From Minisyncoccota bacterium (GTDB taxonomy: Bacteria > Patescibacteriota > Minisyncoccia > Phycocordibacterales > PALSA-1337): DNA of 64,000 nucleotides. The position numbers and the translations under genes were made by a program. The stretch is from positions 2,745-66,744 of the forward strand of contig JAQTPC010000004.1 of assembly GCA_028713005.1 (NCBI GenBank). Direction: 5' to 3'. The notes under the pieces are model-generated. The model searched no databases and was not told the origin of the DNA. It saw only the letters and a program-made list of their open reading frames with translations. Numbering within the stretch: position 1 is the first letter of the stretch; each line of letters begins with the position of its first letter. This document shows, one piece after another, positions 9,751-18,839 of this stretch.

Positions 9751-10167
9751 ATGAACACGCTTCCGTCCTTTGATAAAGCTCGGGGATCAATCAAGATCCA
9801 GCTCTTGGTCTTCATGCCCATCCTGATCCTCATCGCTGTCATGCAGACGATATGGTCACCTGCGGAAACAGATGACCCCATCGCACCAACGATACCCGGC
9901 GCGGCCCCCGCAAACCAGCTCGGAGCTTCTTTTCCAAATCAACTGATCGTGCTCGAATCTACAAATAAGAGCCAGCCCCGGACTGCTTATCTGTGGAATA
10001 GCGACCTCCAGATTTTGACCCTCGTCAGCCCGCAGAACAAAATTCCTGACGGTGAGGCACTGCATGCGGTTCAAACCTACAGGTATACCCGCACGAACTA
10101 TCCTCGGGCTGAATACACACTCATCCCGCGTATCAAACCGACGAACGCAGCACCAATCACACCCTAA
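9751..10167 (+). CDS. Hypothetical protein with N-terminal TM/signal; GC-rich relative to surroundings
   Basis: ORF only. Its composition differs from the flanking genes. Confidence 0.3.
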   Translation: MNTLPSFDKARGSIKIQLLVFMPILILIAVMQTIWSPAETDDPIAPTIPGAAPANQLGASFPNQLIVLESTNKSQPRTAYLWNSDLQILTLVSPQNKIPDGEALHAVQTYRYTRTNYPRAEYTLIPRIKPTNAAPITP

Positions 10168-10338
10168 GTTCAGCATCAAAAACTCCACTGAAACAATCGT
10201 TTCTTTGGGGTTTTATTTTTAAATAATAAAGTTTCGAAGGTCTTGACATATATCAAAAAGAGAGTAGCTTTTATATCTGGAGGTTCATCGGCGCACGGTG
10301 CGCAGAGAAACCAAAAAACATTGAAATAGGAGTAGCAC

Positions 10339-11010
10339 ATGAAAAACAGAAAATCCCGACCCGCCGGCACAAATCCCAACTATCGTTTGGGAAGAACCAA
10401 CGGGCACCACATGCAAATCCCCCGTTTGGATTTCCCGCGGATCAAGCTCGGCTCGAACAAATACTGGCCAGCAATCAGTCGCCGGATTCGTTCGCGAATC
10501 AAATCAATCAAGAATAGCACGCAGCGCTCATTGGCTGAGCAAGGTCGCAAAAATGCTGACCTCGTCGTGTCGAAATTGAACCGGGCAAACGTAAACCTGC
10601 TCCATCTCATCGGCCACACAAATGGCTTCATGATGAATATTGAGCGTTACACCGAACACCATTTCGAAAAACTGTGCAGCAAGAAGGAGTTGCAGCACAT
10701 TTCAGTTCGAAATGCTGACGTGCATACCGTGTTTGTCATCGAACGTTTTGGCGACATTCAAACATCAGGCACCATTTGCATCTCACTCATGGACATGCAA
10801 ATCGTGCTCACTCGACAAGAATGGTCTGACCGATTCCAAACGATGTATCACCGATTGCTCACAGCCGGTGAGCTGCGTTTCATTGATCAACCTTCCATTC
10901 TGGAAAAGCTCGACAAACTCAGGACCCCAAATATGATCTTTATGGAACTGCAGATACGAATCACGATTCAAGAAATCGAACGTCGCGAACGTGAAATCTG
11001 CTCAACTTAA
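10339..11010 (+). CDS. Hypothetical protein (orphan), GC-rich segment
   Basis: ORF only. A TTGACA-containing promoter-like sequence and a GCGCAC-G-GTGCGC palindrome lie upstream. Confidence 0.3.
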   Translation: MKNRKSRPAGTNPNYRLGRTNGHHMQIPRLDFPRIKLGSNKYWPAISRRIRSRIKSIKNSTQRSLAEQGRKNADLVVSKLNRANVNLLHLIGHTNGFMMNIERYTEHHFEKLCSKKELQHISVRNADVHTVFVIERFGDIQTSGTICISLMDMQIVLTRQEWSDRFQTMYHRLLTAGELRFIDQPSILEKLDKLRTPNMIFMELQIRITIQEIERREREICST

Positions 11011-11164
11011 TTATCTGTCTATCAACCCAACGCACGTGCGTTGGGTTTTTATTTTTACACGCAAGCCAATAATACATCTATTTGTCCGCCCTCCTGGATT
11101 CGTGTCTCCATCGACACGCTCCACTGAGCGCCAATGACCCCAGAGGGCTTTTAGTGATTGATTG

Positions 11165-11238
11165 TCCGCCCTCTTGGATTCGAACCAAGGACCCCAGAGG
11201 TATAAGCTCTGTGCTCTAACCAACTGAGCTAAGGGCGG
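11165..11238 (-). tRNA. tRNA-Ile-like with anticodon UAU (loop CUUAUAC)
   Basis: Reverse complement CCGCCCT-TA-GCTC-AGTTGGTTA-GAGC-A-CAGAG-CTTATAC-CTCTG-GGGTC-CTTGG-TTCGAAT-CCAAG-AGGGCGG-A forms a canonical cloverleaf. Confidence 0.7.
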
Positions 11239-11378
11239 ATTTGCCTCAGCTGTTTAACTAACCAAAACAGCTAAGGGCGGTGTTGGTTCAATCATCATAA
11301 TGTAAACCGACCAGAGAAACAACTGTAAAATATAGAAAGAAAAGAGCCCTAGAAAATCCAGAGCTCTTCGTGGAATAA

Positions 11379-11762
11379 CTATACTGAAATGAGCGGCGCA
11401 CGCAAAGAATTTTCTGGTGGCTCGAAAAGCTTCTGCGGACGAAGACACTCGACTAATTCTTGTCTAACTGCCAAAATCTTTCCTGAAAGACCGCTCGATT
11501 GCAGTGATGCTACAAAAACGAGGAGGGTAAACTCGTTCGGCAACTCCAAGACTTTTCCGGCTTTAATAAAATCTTTTTCAGACTGCGACCGAAAGCCAGT
11601 AACATCTTTAGCTACTGAACATAACGGATGGAATACCGAAACATCTTCACATACCAGCTCAATCTTGGAGCACAGATGCAACTCTCCTGAGGGCATCAAT
11701 CTACATTCCCAGCGATACTTAACCATGTCTCGGCAACAAGTAAAGAAATATGGAATTCTCAT
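11379..11762 (-). CDS. Hypothetical protein (weak call)
   Basis: ORFs overlap on both strands here. The minus-strand ORF has the more protein-like composition. No homology recognised. Confidence 0.2.
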   Translation of the reverse strand: MRIPYFFTCCRDMVKYRWECRLMPSGELHLCSKIELVCEDVSVFHPLCSVAKDVTGFRSQSEKDFIKAGKVLELPNEFTLLVFVASLQSSGLSGKILAVRQELVECLRPQKLFEPPENSLRAPLISV

Positions 11763-11821
11763 AAAGATCCTTTTGTTGATTGTTTAATGAAATCCTACTC
11801 CACTTACATAAACAGTCAAGG

Positions 11822-11852
11822 CAACAAAAAGCCACCCTACGGTGGTCTTTTT
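11822..11852. terminator. Bidirectional terminator downstream of ftsH
   Basis: AAAAAGCCACCCTACGGTGGTCTTTTT hairpin with flanking A/T runs. Confidence 0.5.
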
Positions 11853-11863
11853 AAATTTCCTAT

Positions 11864-13786
11864 TTAGACAACCTTTGCTTCCCTTTTGAGCGGGATACCC
11901 TGCGCAACGATGATTTTTTCATATTCTTCACGCTCGATTGTCTCTGTCTCAATGAGGCGCTTTGAAACTGCTTCAAAAGCCTTTTTGTGCTCTGCGAGCG
12001 TCGCAATCGCACGTTCACGAGCTTCAGTCATAATCTTTGAAACTTCACTATCGATCTCACTAGCAACTTTCTCTGAATATTCACGCTCAGCAACACCCAT
12101 TCCAAACATGACACGGCCTTGGGCACTCTCGAGAGCGATTGGGCCGATCTTATCTGACATGCCATACCGAGTGACCATATCGCGCGCGAGAGCAGTTGAG
12201 ACTTGGAGATCGTTCGATGCACCAGTAGTGATATCACCGAAGACCATTTTCTCTGCAACATATCCACCGAGTGACATAGCAATATCATCAAGGAACTCAT
12301 TGCGAGACTGGAGCTTACGTTCTTCAAAAGGCAATTTCAATGTATACCCTGCAGCACGACCACGAGAGATAATAGATATCTTGTGCACAGGATCAGCATG
12401 CGGAAGTACCGATGCGACGATAGCGTGACCAGCTTCGTGATATGCAGTAATCTCTTTTTCCTTTGGTGAGAGAACGTGACTCTTGCGCTCAGGACCGAGC
12501 ATAACTTTTTCGATAGAGCGGATGAGATCGAACTGACCGATCGTCTTTCTCTCTTCACGAGCAGCGAGGATAGCTGCTTCATTCATGAGACTAGCGAGAT
12601 CAGCACCAGAGAATCCTGGTGTACGTTCAGCGACTACTTTGAGATTGAAGTCCTCTGCAAACTGCTTTTTCTTTGAGTGCACGGTGAGGATAGCCTCGCG
12701 ATCAGCACGATCAGGAAGATCAATGGTTACGCGGCGATCAAAACGGCCTGGACGGAGGAGCGCAGGGTCAAGCACATCAGGACGATTTGTTGCAGCCATA
12801 ACTATGACTTTTTGATTCTGTTCAAAGCCGTCCATCTCGACGAGGATCTGGTTCAATGTCTGTTCACGCTCATCGTTGCCACCACCCGTACCTGAGCCAC
12901 GTGCACGACCGACAGCGTCGATCTCATCGACAAATACAATAGCTGGAGCCGCTTGCTTTGCCATATGGAAGAGGTCGCGGACGCGAGAAGCACCAACACC
13001 GACGAACATCTCGACGAACTCTGAGCCAGAGATAGAGAAGAATGCCACTCCCGCCTCACCTGCCACTGCACGAGCAAGAAGTGTCTTACCTGTACCCGGT
13101 GCGCCCATGAGGAGCACGCCCTTTGGAATCTCTGCACCGATATCGATGAACTTTTTTGGATTTTTGAGGAAGTCGACGATCTCTGAGAGCTCTTGTTTTG
13201 CTTCTTTTGCACCAGCAACATCCTTGAATGTTACCTTCTGCTTTGTATCATCTGGGAGCGTGATACGCGCCTTTGACTGACCAAACGACATCGCTTGCAT
13301 ACCTGCGCCACGCATCTGACGAGAGAGCATCCAGATAAAGAGTGCGAGGAAAAGGAGAGGAATTATAAATGGTGCGAGCTGTCCTACCCAATACCAGAAG
13401 CCAGATGGCGAGATAACACTGATAGTTGTAGAACCGAGGTCGGCAGAAGTTACACCAAAACGACTCAAACTGTCAGTGAGAGAGGCGTCGGTCTCACGCT
13501 GGGTTGTTTTGACTGTCTTGTCTTTGTACTGTGCGACAACTTCAGTGTCCTGGATGGTGAGTGAAGTAACCAAACCTTTCTTTATATCCTGCGCGAGTGA
13601 AGAAAGTGGTACTGATGTGCCTGTTGTTGATTTGCCGGAAAACTCCGCATAAAGCGTCGTAATGATCAAAAATATGATAATGACTGTAGCGATTGAATTT
13701 AAGAAATTCATCTTTGGGAAACCCTTTCCCTTCTTGCCTTGAGGCGCATTTTGGCTGTTTTTCGGTGTATTATTTTGGGGATTCAT
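11864..13786 (-). CDS. ftsH: ATP-dependent zinc metalloprotease FtsH
   Basis: Walker [19 protein letters not shown] zinc motif, and N-terminal TM segments. Confidence 0.9.
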   Translation of the reverse strand: MNPQNNTPKNSQNAPQGKKGKGFPKMNFLNSIATVIIIFLIITTLYAEFSGKSTTGTSVPLSSLAQDIKKGLVTSLTIQDTEVVAQYKDKTVKTTQRETDASLTDSLSRFGVTSADLGSTTISVISPSGFWYWVGQLAPFIIPLLFLALFIWMLSRQMRGAGMQAMSFGQSKARITLPDDTKQKVTFKDVAGAKEAKQELSEIVDFLKNPKKFIDIGAEIPKGVLLMGAPGTGKTLLARAVAGEAGVAFFSISGSEFVEMFVGVGASRVRDLFHMAKQAAPAIVFVDEIDAVGRARGSGTGGGNDEREQTLNQILVEMDGFEQNQKVIVMAATNRPDVLDPALLRPGRFDRRVTIDLPDRADREAILTVHSKKKQFAEDFNLKVVAERTPGFSGADLASLMNEAAILAAREERKTIGQFDLIRSIEKVMLGPERKSHVLSPKEKEITAYHEAGHAIVASVLPHADPVHKISIISRGRAAGYTLKLPFEERKLQSRNEFLDDIAMSLGGYVAEKMVFGDITTGASNDLQVSTALARDMVTRYGMSDKIGPIALESAQGRVMFGMGVAEREYSEKVASEIDSEVSKIMTEARERAIATLAEHKKAFEAVSKRLIETETIEREEYEKIIVAQGIPLKREAKVV

Positions 13787-13984
13787 AGAGGTTGATTATA
13801 GCCTCAAATGAGGACATGTGACAACTCGTTGGCACGATGTCCGAGTGCAGAGGCTATATGAGCAAAGCGAATATAGCCTCAAGTGAGGATTTGTGGAAGC
13901 TCGCTTACATGTTGTAATAAGGTAAAGGAAATAAAAAGAGCGCACACTATCAAATGTAGTATGCGCCTTGAAAAGACAACCTCA

Positions 13985-14512
13985 TTAACGAGAACGAAAG
14001 ATGACTCGGAGAATTGGAAGCTGCTCCTCAAGCCGGATAAAGAAAATCCGGAAAAGACTAAACTTCCGAACGTAGTCGAGTTCATTAACCCGAACAACAC
14101 CACATCGCGGACAAGTTGCGATACACCAGCACTCATGCCAGCCATGGCTGTGTAGATCATTTTGAGAACGATCAGTCGAATACTCCGGTGTCCCGAAGAG
14201 TATCCGCATGAACGGCGCCCGAGCGATGAACCAGCCAGCAGAACGAGCGTGTTTGATCCGCAACAACGGATCAGTTTCCCGAAGAGTGACCGATCGTCCA
14301 ACGCGCCATTCGCGTTCACGCTTCGATCCGCATGTAGGGCATTTCTTGGATGTTTTTCCTTCGATCTTGGTCGGTTCGGGTGGCAACTGTGTCGCCCGTT
14401 GACGATGATGCATTCGACTAGCTGCTGCCAGCGATTTCTTCAATGTATTATCGGAGACCATAAATAAGCCTCCCCTCTTTCTGGTGTGAACCAGATGAAC
14501 CAACGCCTCCAC
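13985..14512 (-). CDS. Hypothetical Cys-containing protein (two CPxCG motifs) in GC-rich patch; may be non-coding
   Basis: KCPTCGS...CPRCG lie 75 aa apart. ORFs overlap on both strands, and the DNA contains internal repeats (tcccgaagagt x2, atccgcatg x2). Confidence 0.2.
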   Translation of the reverse strand: MEALVHLVHTRKRGGLFMVSDNTLKKSLAAASRMHHRQRATQLPPEPTKIEGKTSKKCPTCGSKREREWRVGRSVTLRETDPLLRIKHARSAGWFIARAPFMRILFGTPEYSTDRSQNDLHSHGWHECWCIATCPRCGVVRVNELDYVRKFSLFRIFFIRLEEQLPILRVIFRSR

Positions 14513-14635
14513 GTGTGGTTATAATGTTCATAGTTTTTTGATGTAAATGTATCTAACTCCAAAATATAAATTACCACATGGAATGGTTATAGTCAATAAA
14601 AGAAAACACCGACTAAAGCCGGCTTTTTTAATGTG

Positions 14636-14999
14636 TGGAGATGGGCGGAATTGAACCGCCGTGCAATCGAAGTTCGTCGAGCGACTCTACGGTGATAGAA
14701 TCCTTTGAAGTTTAATGACTATGCTAACAAAGAAAACAAAGCACATAGTCACGATCTCATTGTTTCAGGAGATAGAGTGAGAAGCTCTATCTACCCTACA
14801 TCCAAGTTATTACGCCTTGCTTACTGTTAGGATCCCAGTGAGTAGACGGCCTCGTTAGACGAGAGCGAATTGAAAGTCTTTGACTCCAAAAAATGGAGAA
14901 ACAATAGATTTTGCAATTGGGTTTTCCAGCGGATTTACGAGTCACTGGTGCTCGCACCGCACGAACGAAAACTGTCGATTGTCGATGCCTTGCATCCCC
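14636..14999 (-). ncRNA. ssrA: tmRNA (SsrA)
   Basis: 5' GGGGATGCAAGGCATCGACAATCGACAG and 3' ...GGCGG-TTCAATT-CCGCC-CATCTCC-A. The acceptor stem GGGGAUG/CAUCUCC carries the G3:U70 alanine identity pair. It lies adjacent to smpB. The candidate tag frame GCA AAA ... GCU CUC GUC UAA runs from RNA nt 86. Confidence 0.8.
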
Positions 15000-15098
15000 G
15001 AATTTTGCACCTCAAAATTCGTGCCAAAAGACTTTTTATTGCGCGAGCAATTAAAAGTTTTTGGCCAGAATCACAGAGGTTAGTGGTATACTTAGTTT

Positions 15099-15539
15099 TC
15101 AACGATCCTTCATAGCCCTACCCATTTCCCTATCATCCTCACGTTTCTTTGTCGTCTCTCTCTTATCATACTTCTTTTTTCCTTTGACGACAGCGACCGT
15201 GACCTTGATAAGGTTGTTTTTAAGATACATTGAAATCGGCACTACTGTCAATCCCTTACTGACATCTGCAATTTGAGCGATCTCTTTCTTTCTCATGATC
15301 AAGCGGCGGTGACGACGAGGCTCATAGTCTTTAGGTGTATTTTTCTCCTGATATGGAGAAATGAGCATGCCCTGAATGAATGCTTCACCACCCTTTACCA
15401 ACACATATGCTCCATCGAGCGAACCACGCTTTGCTCTAAGCGACTTTACTTCAAAACCGAGTAGCTCGATACCTGCCTCGTATTTCTCGAGGATCTCGTA
15501 TTCAAAATGGGCTTTGCGATAATCAATCAAAACTGCCAT
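15099..15539 (-). CDS. smpB: SsrA-binding protein SmpB
   Basis: YEAGIELLGFEVKSLRAKRGSLDGAYV...ISPY...RRHRRLIMRKKEI matches the SmpB consensus. Confidence 0.85.
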   Translation of the reverse strand: MAVLIDYRKAHFEYEILEKYEAGIELLGFEVKSLRAKRGSLDGAYVLVKGGEAFIQGMLISPYQEKNTPKDYEPRRHRRLIMRKKEIAQIADVSKGLTVVPISMYLKNNLIKVTVAVVKGKKKYDKRETTKKREDDREMGRAMKDR

Positions 15540-15565
15540 AGTGGAAGTATAGTATACTTTTACCT

Positions 15566-16645
15566 ATGAATCACGAAACAACCTGGAACCTCTATTCATC
15601 AAACGAAGAAGCATGGGCAGCTATGCTCGCCGACTGCGCACAAGCAAAAGAAAGCATCGTCCTCGAACAATACATCTTTGTGGCGGACGACTTCGGCAAA
15701 AAGCTCATAGACATCTGCACCGAACGTGCGGCCCAGGGTGTCAAAGTCCGTTTCCTCTGGGATGCAGCTGGCAGTTTCACTCTCTGGGGTTCAAATATTG
15801 CCGAAGATCTCAAAAAGAAAGGTATTGAACTTATCTTCTGGAAGACACTTATCCCTGACTATTCAAAGATAGAAAATTTTCGTGCATGGTTCTTCCGCAA
15901 TCACCGCCGTACCCTCGTCATCGATGAACGCATCGGCTATACAGGCAGTATGTGCGTCTACGAACCAATGAAAAGTTGGCGTGATACGAACCTCCGTCTC
16001 GAAGGGTCAGTTGTGGAAGAGATGAGGAATGCATTTGATCGCATGTGGGCTCGGGCCACTCGTGCACAAGCCATGCCTGAACGTATCCATGTTCGTAACC
16101 ATGAATTCCGCTACATCACCAACTATCCTGCCCCCCGCAGACGTCATATATACACAGAACTCATCGAAGCTGTCCGTTCAGCGCGCAAATATATCTATAT
16201 TACCAATCCTTATTTTGTACCGACACGCCGGCTCGTGCGCATCTTTCGTTTGGCAGCACAACGTGGTGTCGATGTACGCATCATCATCCCAGAAAATTCA
16301 AACTATTACGCTGTGGACCTCGGGGCGCGATCATATTTCAATACCTTGCTCTCTTCAGGAGTACGTATATTTCTATATTCTGGGAATATGATCCATGCAA
16401 AGACTGCAGTCATTGATGGTGAATGGGCAACAGTCGGCAGCATGAACCTCGATCGTGTGAGCCTGCTCTACAACTTTGAAGCGAACATCGTCAGTCGCAA
16501 TGGGCGATTTGCAGAGGAGCTCGCCGCGCTCTTTGTGCGTGATATGCACGATTCCAAAGAAGTCTTGTACGAGGAATGGAAGAAAAGATTCTTCATCGAA
16601 AAGATACCTGAAAAGCTGATCACTCTCGTCCGAAAGTTTTTATAA
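15566..16645 (+). CDS. Phospholipase D / cardiolipin synthase-family protein (one degenerate and one canonical HKD motif)
   Basis: Second motif HAKTAVIDGEWATVGSMNLD. First motif is H-R-R-TLVIDERIGYTGSM. Confidence 0.7.
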   Translation: MNHETTWNLYSSNEEAWAAMLADCAQAKESIVLEQYIFVADDFGKKLIDICTERAAQGVKVRFLWDAAGSFTLWGSNIAEDLKKKGIELIFWKTLIPDYSKIENFRAWFFRNHRRTLVIDERIGYTGSMCVYEPMKSWRDTNLRLEGSVVEEMRNAFDRMWARATRAQAMPERIHVRNHEFRYITNYPAPRRRHIYTELIEAVRSARKYIYITNPYFVPTRRLVRIFRLAAQRGVDVRIIIPENSNYYAVDLGARSYFNTLLSSGVRIFLYSGNMIHAKTAVIDGEWATVGSMNLDRVSLLYNFEANIVSRNGRFAEELAALFVRDMHDSKEVLYEEWKKRFFIEKIPEKLITLVRKFL

Positions 16646-16682
16646 AATAAAAAACCACCTTACATAAGGTGGTTTTTTATTT
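16646..16682. terminator. Bidirectional terminator
   Basis: AAAAACCACCTTACATAAGGTGGTTTTTT. Confidence 0.5.
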
Positions 16683-16691
16683 TTACAAATT

Positions 16692-17471
16692 TTATTGTAC
16701 CGCTACTCCTTTTACGATCTGACCGGTCTCATCGATGATTCCTTTCTGGCGAGATGCGCTACACGTATAGAATTCGCTGGTCGACTTGTTATATGCCATC
16801 ACCTGACCCTTGCCGCCAACGCCGAGGTTGAAGTTTGACTGAACGCATGGTGAGCTGCCTGCACAAAGCGACGCTGGCGCATATGCCCAAGCACTATAGC
16901 CTGCTGTACCGGTCTTCAAGTGCGTATTATCGCCACAGGTGTGACTATCGTCACTGGTGATACCTGTTGTTCTCCATGTACAAGCCTCTTTACCGAGACA
17001 GATGCGTATAACGTGGCTACGACAGTAATATTCGATGGTATCACCGCCACCACTTGAGCCCCAGTCATTGATGTTACCGTCTGAAACTGTTCCCATTCTG
17101 CCATCACTACCACACTCTTGAGCAGCTGCACTTGGAGCTGACCATTTTACTTTTCCAGTACTGTCAGCAGCAGTGAGAAAATATCCTGCTGAAACTACTG
17201 AATTTGAAGTACTTGTTGAAACGATGAGGTTTGGTGCAATCAAGTTACCGACAACACCGAGACCACCGTCAATCTGAAGTGAATCTAATTTTTCTTGGAT
17301 GGTGGTATTACCATTGAATCCAACATTGATAGGTGCGAGAACGTTATTTGAAGGTGGGTTAGCTGGAGCATTGGTCCAGTTTGCAGCTGCAGCAACAAGA
17401 GCTGAAGCGCCGAGGAATCCACCAATAATGAGACTTGAAGCTGCGAGCACTGATTGACGAGTAAGTTTCAT
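16692..17471 (-). CDS. Secreted Cys-rich hypothetical protein (signal peptide)
   Basis: N-terminal signal/TM (LAASSLIIGGFLGASALVAAAA). Multiple Cys residues and a Gly/Ser-rich composition. No family recognised. Confidence 0.45.
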   Translation of the reverse strand: MKLTRQSVLAASSLIIGGFLGASALVAAAANWTNAPANPPSNNVLAPINVGFNGNTTIQEKLDSLQIDGGLGVVGNLIAPNLIVSTSTSNSVVSAGYFLTAADSTGKVKWSAPSAAAQECGSDGRMGTVSDGNINDWGSSGGGDTIEYYCRSHVIRICLGKEACTWRTTGITSDDSHTCGDNTHLKTGTAGYSAWAYAPASLCAGSSPCVQSNFNLGVGGKGQVMAYNKSTSEFYTCSASRQKGIIDETGQIVKGVAVQ

Positions 17472-17643
17472 AAATAAATAATTTAATATGCGATTAATAG
17501 CAACAATGAATATGCATATATTATACCCTATAAAAATGACTTGGAATAGAAACCTGTTGATAAATAGTGAATAGCCGAGGCCTACCCTCGGTGATACTTG
17601 CAGAAACGTCTACTTATATGCTATAACTATAGCCTGTAATCTA

Positions 17644-18150
17644 TTGATGAAAGCACGTATAAATCACCAAATAAAAGCGCCAGAACTGCGCGTTATCACA
17701 GCCGAAGGTGAAAACCTGGGTGTAATATCGACAGACAAGGCATTGGCAGAGGCCAAGGCTCGCGGATTTGATCTCATCGAGATCTCTCCGAACGCTGTAC
17801 CTCCTGTTGCCAAGATTATGGATTATGGCAAGTATCAGTACGATGAAAAAAAGAAAGAGAAGGTCGCCAAGGCTCGTACCCAGATTAGTGAACTCAAAAG
17901 TGTTCAGGTCAAGATAGGTACTGGCGAACATGACCTCGAACTCAAGGCAAAGAAGGCTTCTGAGTGGCTCGCCGAAGGAAACCGTGTCAAAGTTGACCTC
18001 TACCTCGTCGGACGATCAAAGTTCATGGATCTCAACTTCCTCAAGGAACGCCTCGAACGCATCTTGAAACTCATCACTGTCGAATACAAGATTGCCCAGG
18101 AGCCAGTCAAAGGACCAAAAGGTCTCACTGTCTATCTTGAAAAGAAATAA
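17644..18150 (+). CDS. infC: Translation initiation factor IF-3
   Basis: INHQIKAPELRVITAEGENLGVIS...ARGFDLIEISPNA...YGKYQYDEKKK matches the IF-3 consensus. It heads the infC-rpmI-rplT operon. Confidence 0.85.
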   Translation: MMKARINHQIKAPELRVITAEGENLGVISTDKALAEAKARGFDLIEISPNAVPPVAKIMDYGKYQYDEKKKEKVAKARTQISELKSVQVKIGTGEHDLELKAKKASEWLAEGNRVKVDLYLVGRSKFMDLNFLKERLERILKLITVEYKIAQEPVKGPKGLTVYLEKK

Positions 18151-18177
18151 TCACTTTTAATTTTAACTTTTAATACC

Positions 18178-18375
18178 ATGTCTACAACAAAAACAAATAA
18201 ATCATACTTGAAGCGCATCAAGGTTACCAAGAACGGTAAACTTATCGCTCGCAAGCCTGGACAAAACCACTACAATGCAAAGGAGCGCAGTGGAACGAGC
18301 ACAAGCAAGCGCCGCACACAGGTCATCATGATGGATAACAAAGCTCGCAGTCGTTTCCTTTCAACCAGTTTCTAA
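18178..18375 (+). CDS. rpmI: 50S ribosomal protein L35
   Basis: 65 aa, basic, KTNKSYLKRIKVTKNGK...NHYN pattern, positioned between infC and rplT. Confidence 0.75.
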   Translation: MSTTKTNKSYLKRIKVTKNGKLIARKPGQNHYNAKERSGTSTSKRRTQVIMMDNKARSRFLSTSF

Positions 18376-18419
18376 GCTTCCCTATTTATTCCCTTTATTT
18401 AATTACTTAATCTACTACT

Positions 18420-18770
18420 ATGGTACGTGTCAAAAAAGGTGTCAATGCATTAAAGAATCGCCGCAATATCCTCAAGCAGACAAAGGGTTTCCGTTTCCGC
18501 CGTTCAACAAATGAAAAGGCAGCTATCGAAGCTCTCCAGCACGCTGGTGCCTATGCCTTCGCTCACCGTCGTGACAAGAAGGGCGACATGCGCCGTCTCT
18601 GGAACGTCAAGATCAACGCTGGCCTCCGTGCTATCGATGCAAAGCTCTCATACAGCAAGTGGATGGGTGCAGCAAAGAAGGCTGGTATTCTCCTCGACCG
18701 CAAGGCTCTCGCTCACCTCGCTGAGTTCAAGCCAGAAACATTTAAGAGGGTTGTAACAAGTATAAAATAA
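18420..18770 (+). CDS. rplT: 50S ribosomal protein L20
   Basis: MVRVKKGVNALKNRRNILKQTKGF...LWNVKINAG matches L20. Confidence 0.9.
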   Translation: MVRVKKGVNALKNRRNILKQTKGFRFRRSTNEKAAIEALQHAGAYAFAHRRDKKGDMRRLWNVKINAGLRAIDAKLSYSKWMGAAKKAGILLDRKALAHLAEFKPETFKRVVTSIK

Positions 18771-18839
18771 TACTCAAATTATCCAATTACCAATGATGCA
18801 ATGATCAATAAAGGTCATTGCATCAATGATAATTGATCA

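Noticed and set aside
11389-11787. Plus-strand 132-aa ORF between tRNA-Ile and ftsH
   Set aside because: Its Ser/Arg/Thr-rich antisense-like composition makes it unlikely. The overlapping minus-strand ORF is marginally more protein-like, but neither is convincing. I also looked here for tmRNA, SRP or RNase P motifs and found none.
12000-13300. Multiple 60-180-aa ORFs on both strands inside ftsH, tuf, fusA and the giant surface gene
   Set aside because: They are antisense or alternative-frame ORFs within genes that have unambiguous homology. This is typical of GC3-biased coding regions.
14160-14500. Possible RNase P RNA in the GC-rich patch downstream of ssrA
   Set aside because: I could not find the universally conserved P4 motifs (GGAAAGTCCGG / ACAGAANNCGGCTTA) on either strand. 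There is only a weak GGCTTAT resemblance in the wrong position. It is left as an unexplained GC-rich element in the findings.
14870-15276. Plus-strand ORFs (81, 67, 71 aa) overlapping the tmRNA/smpB region
   Set aside because: They overlap the structurally well-supported ssrA gene and the start of smpB, and have no coding signal.
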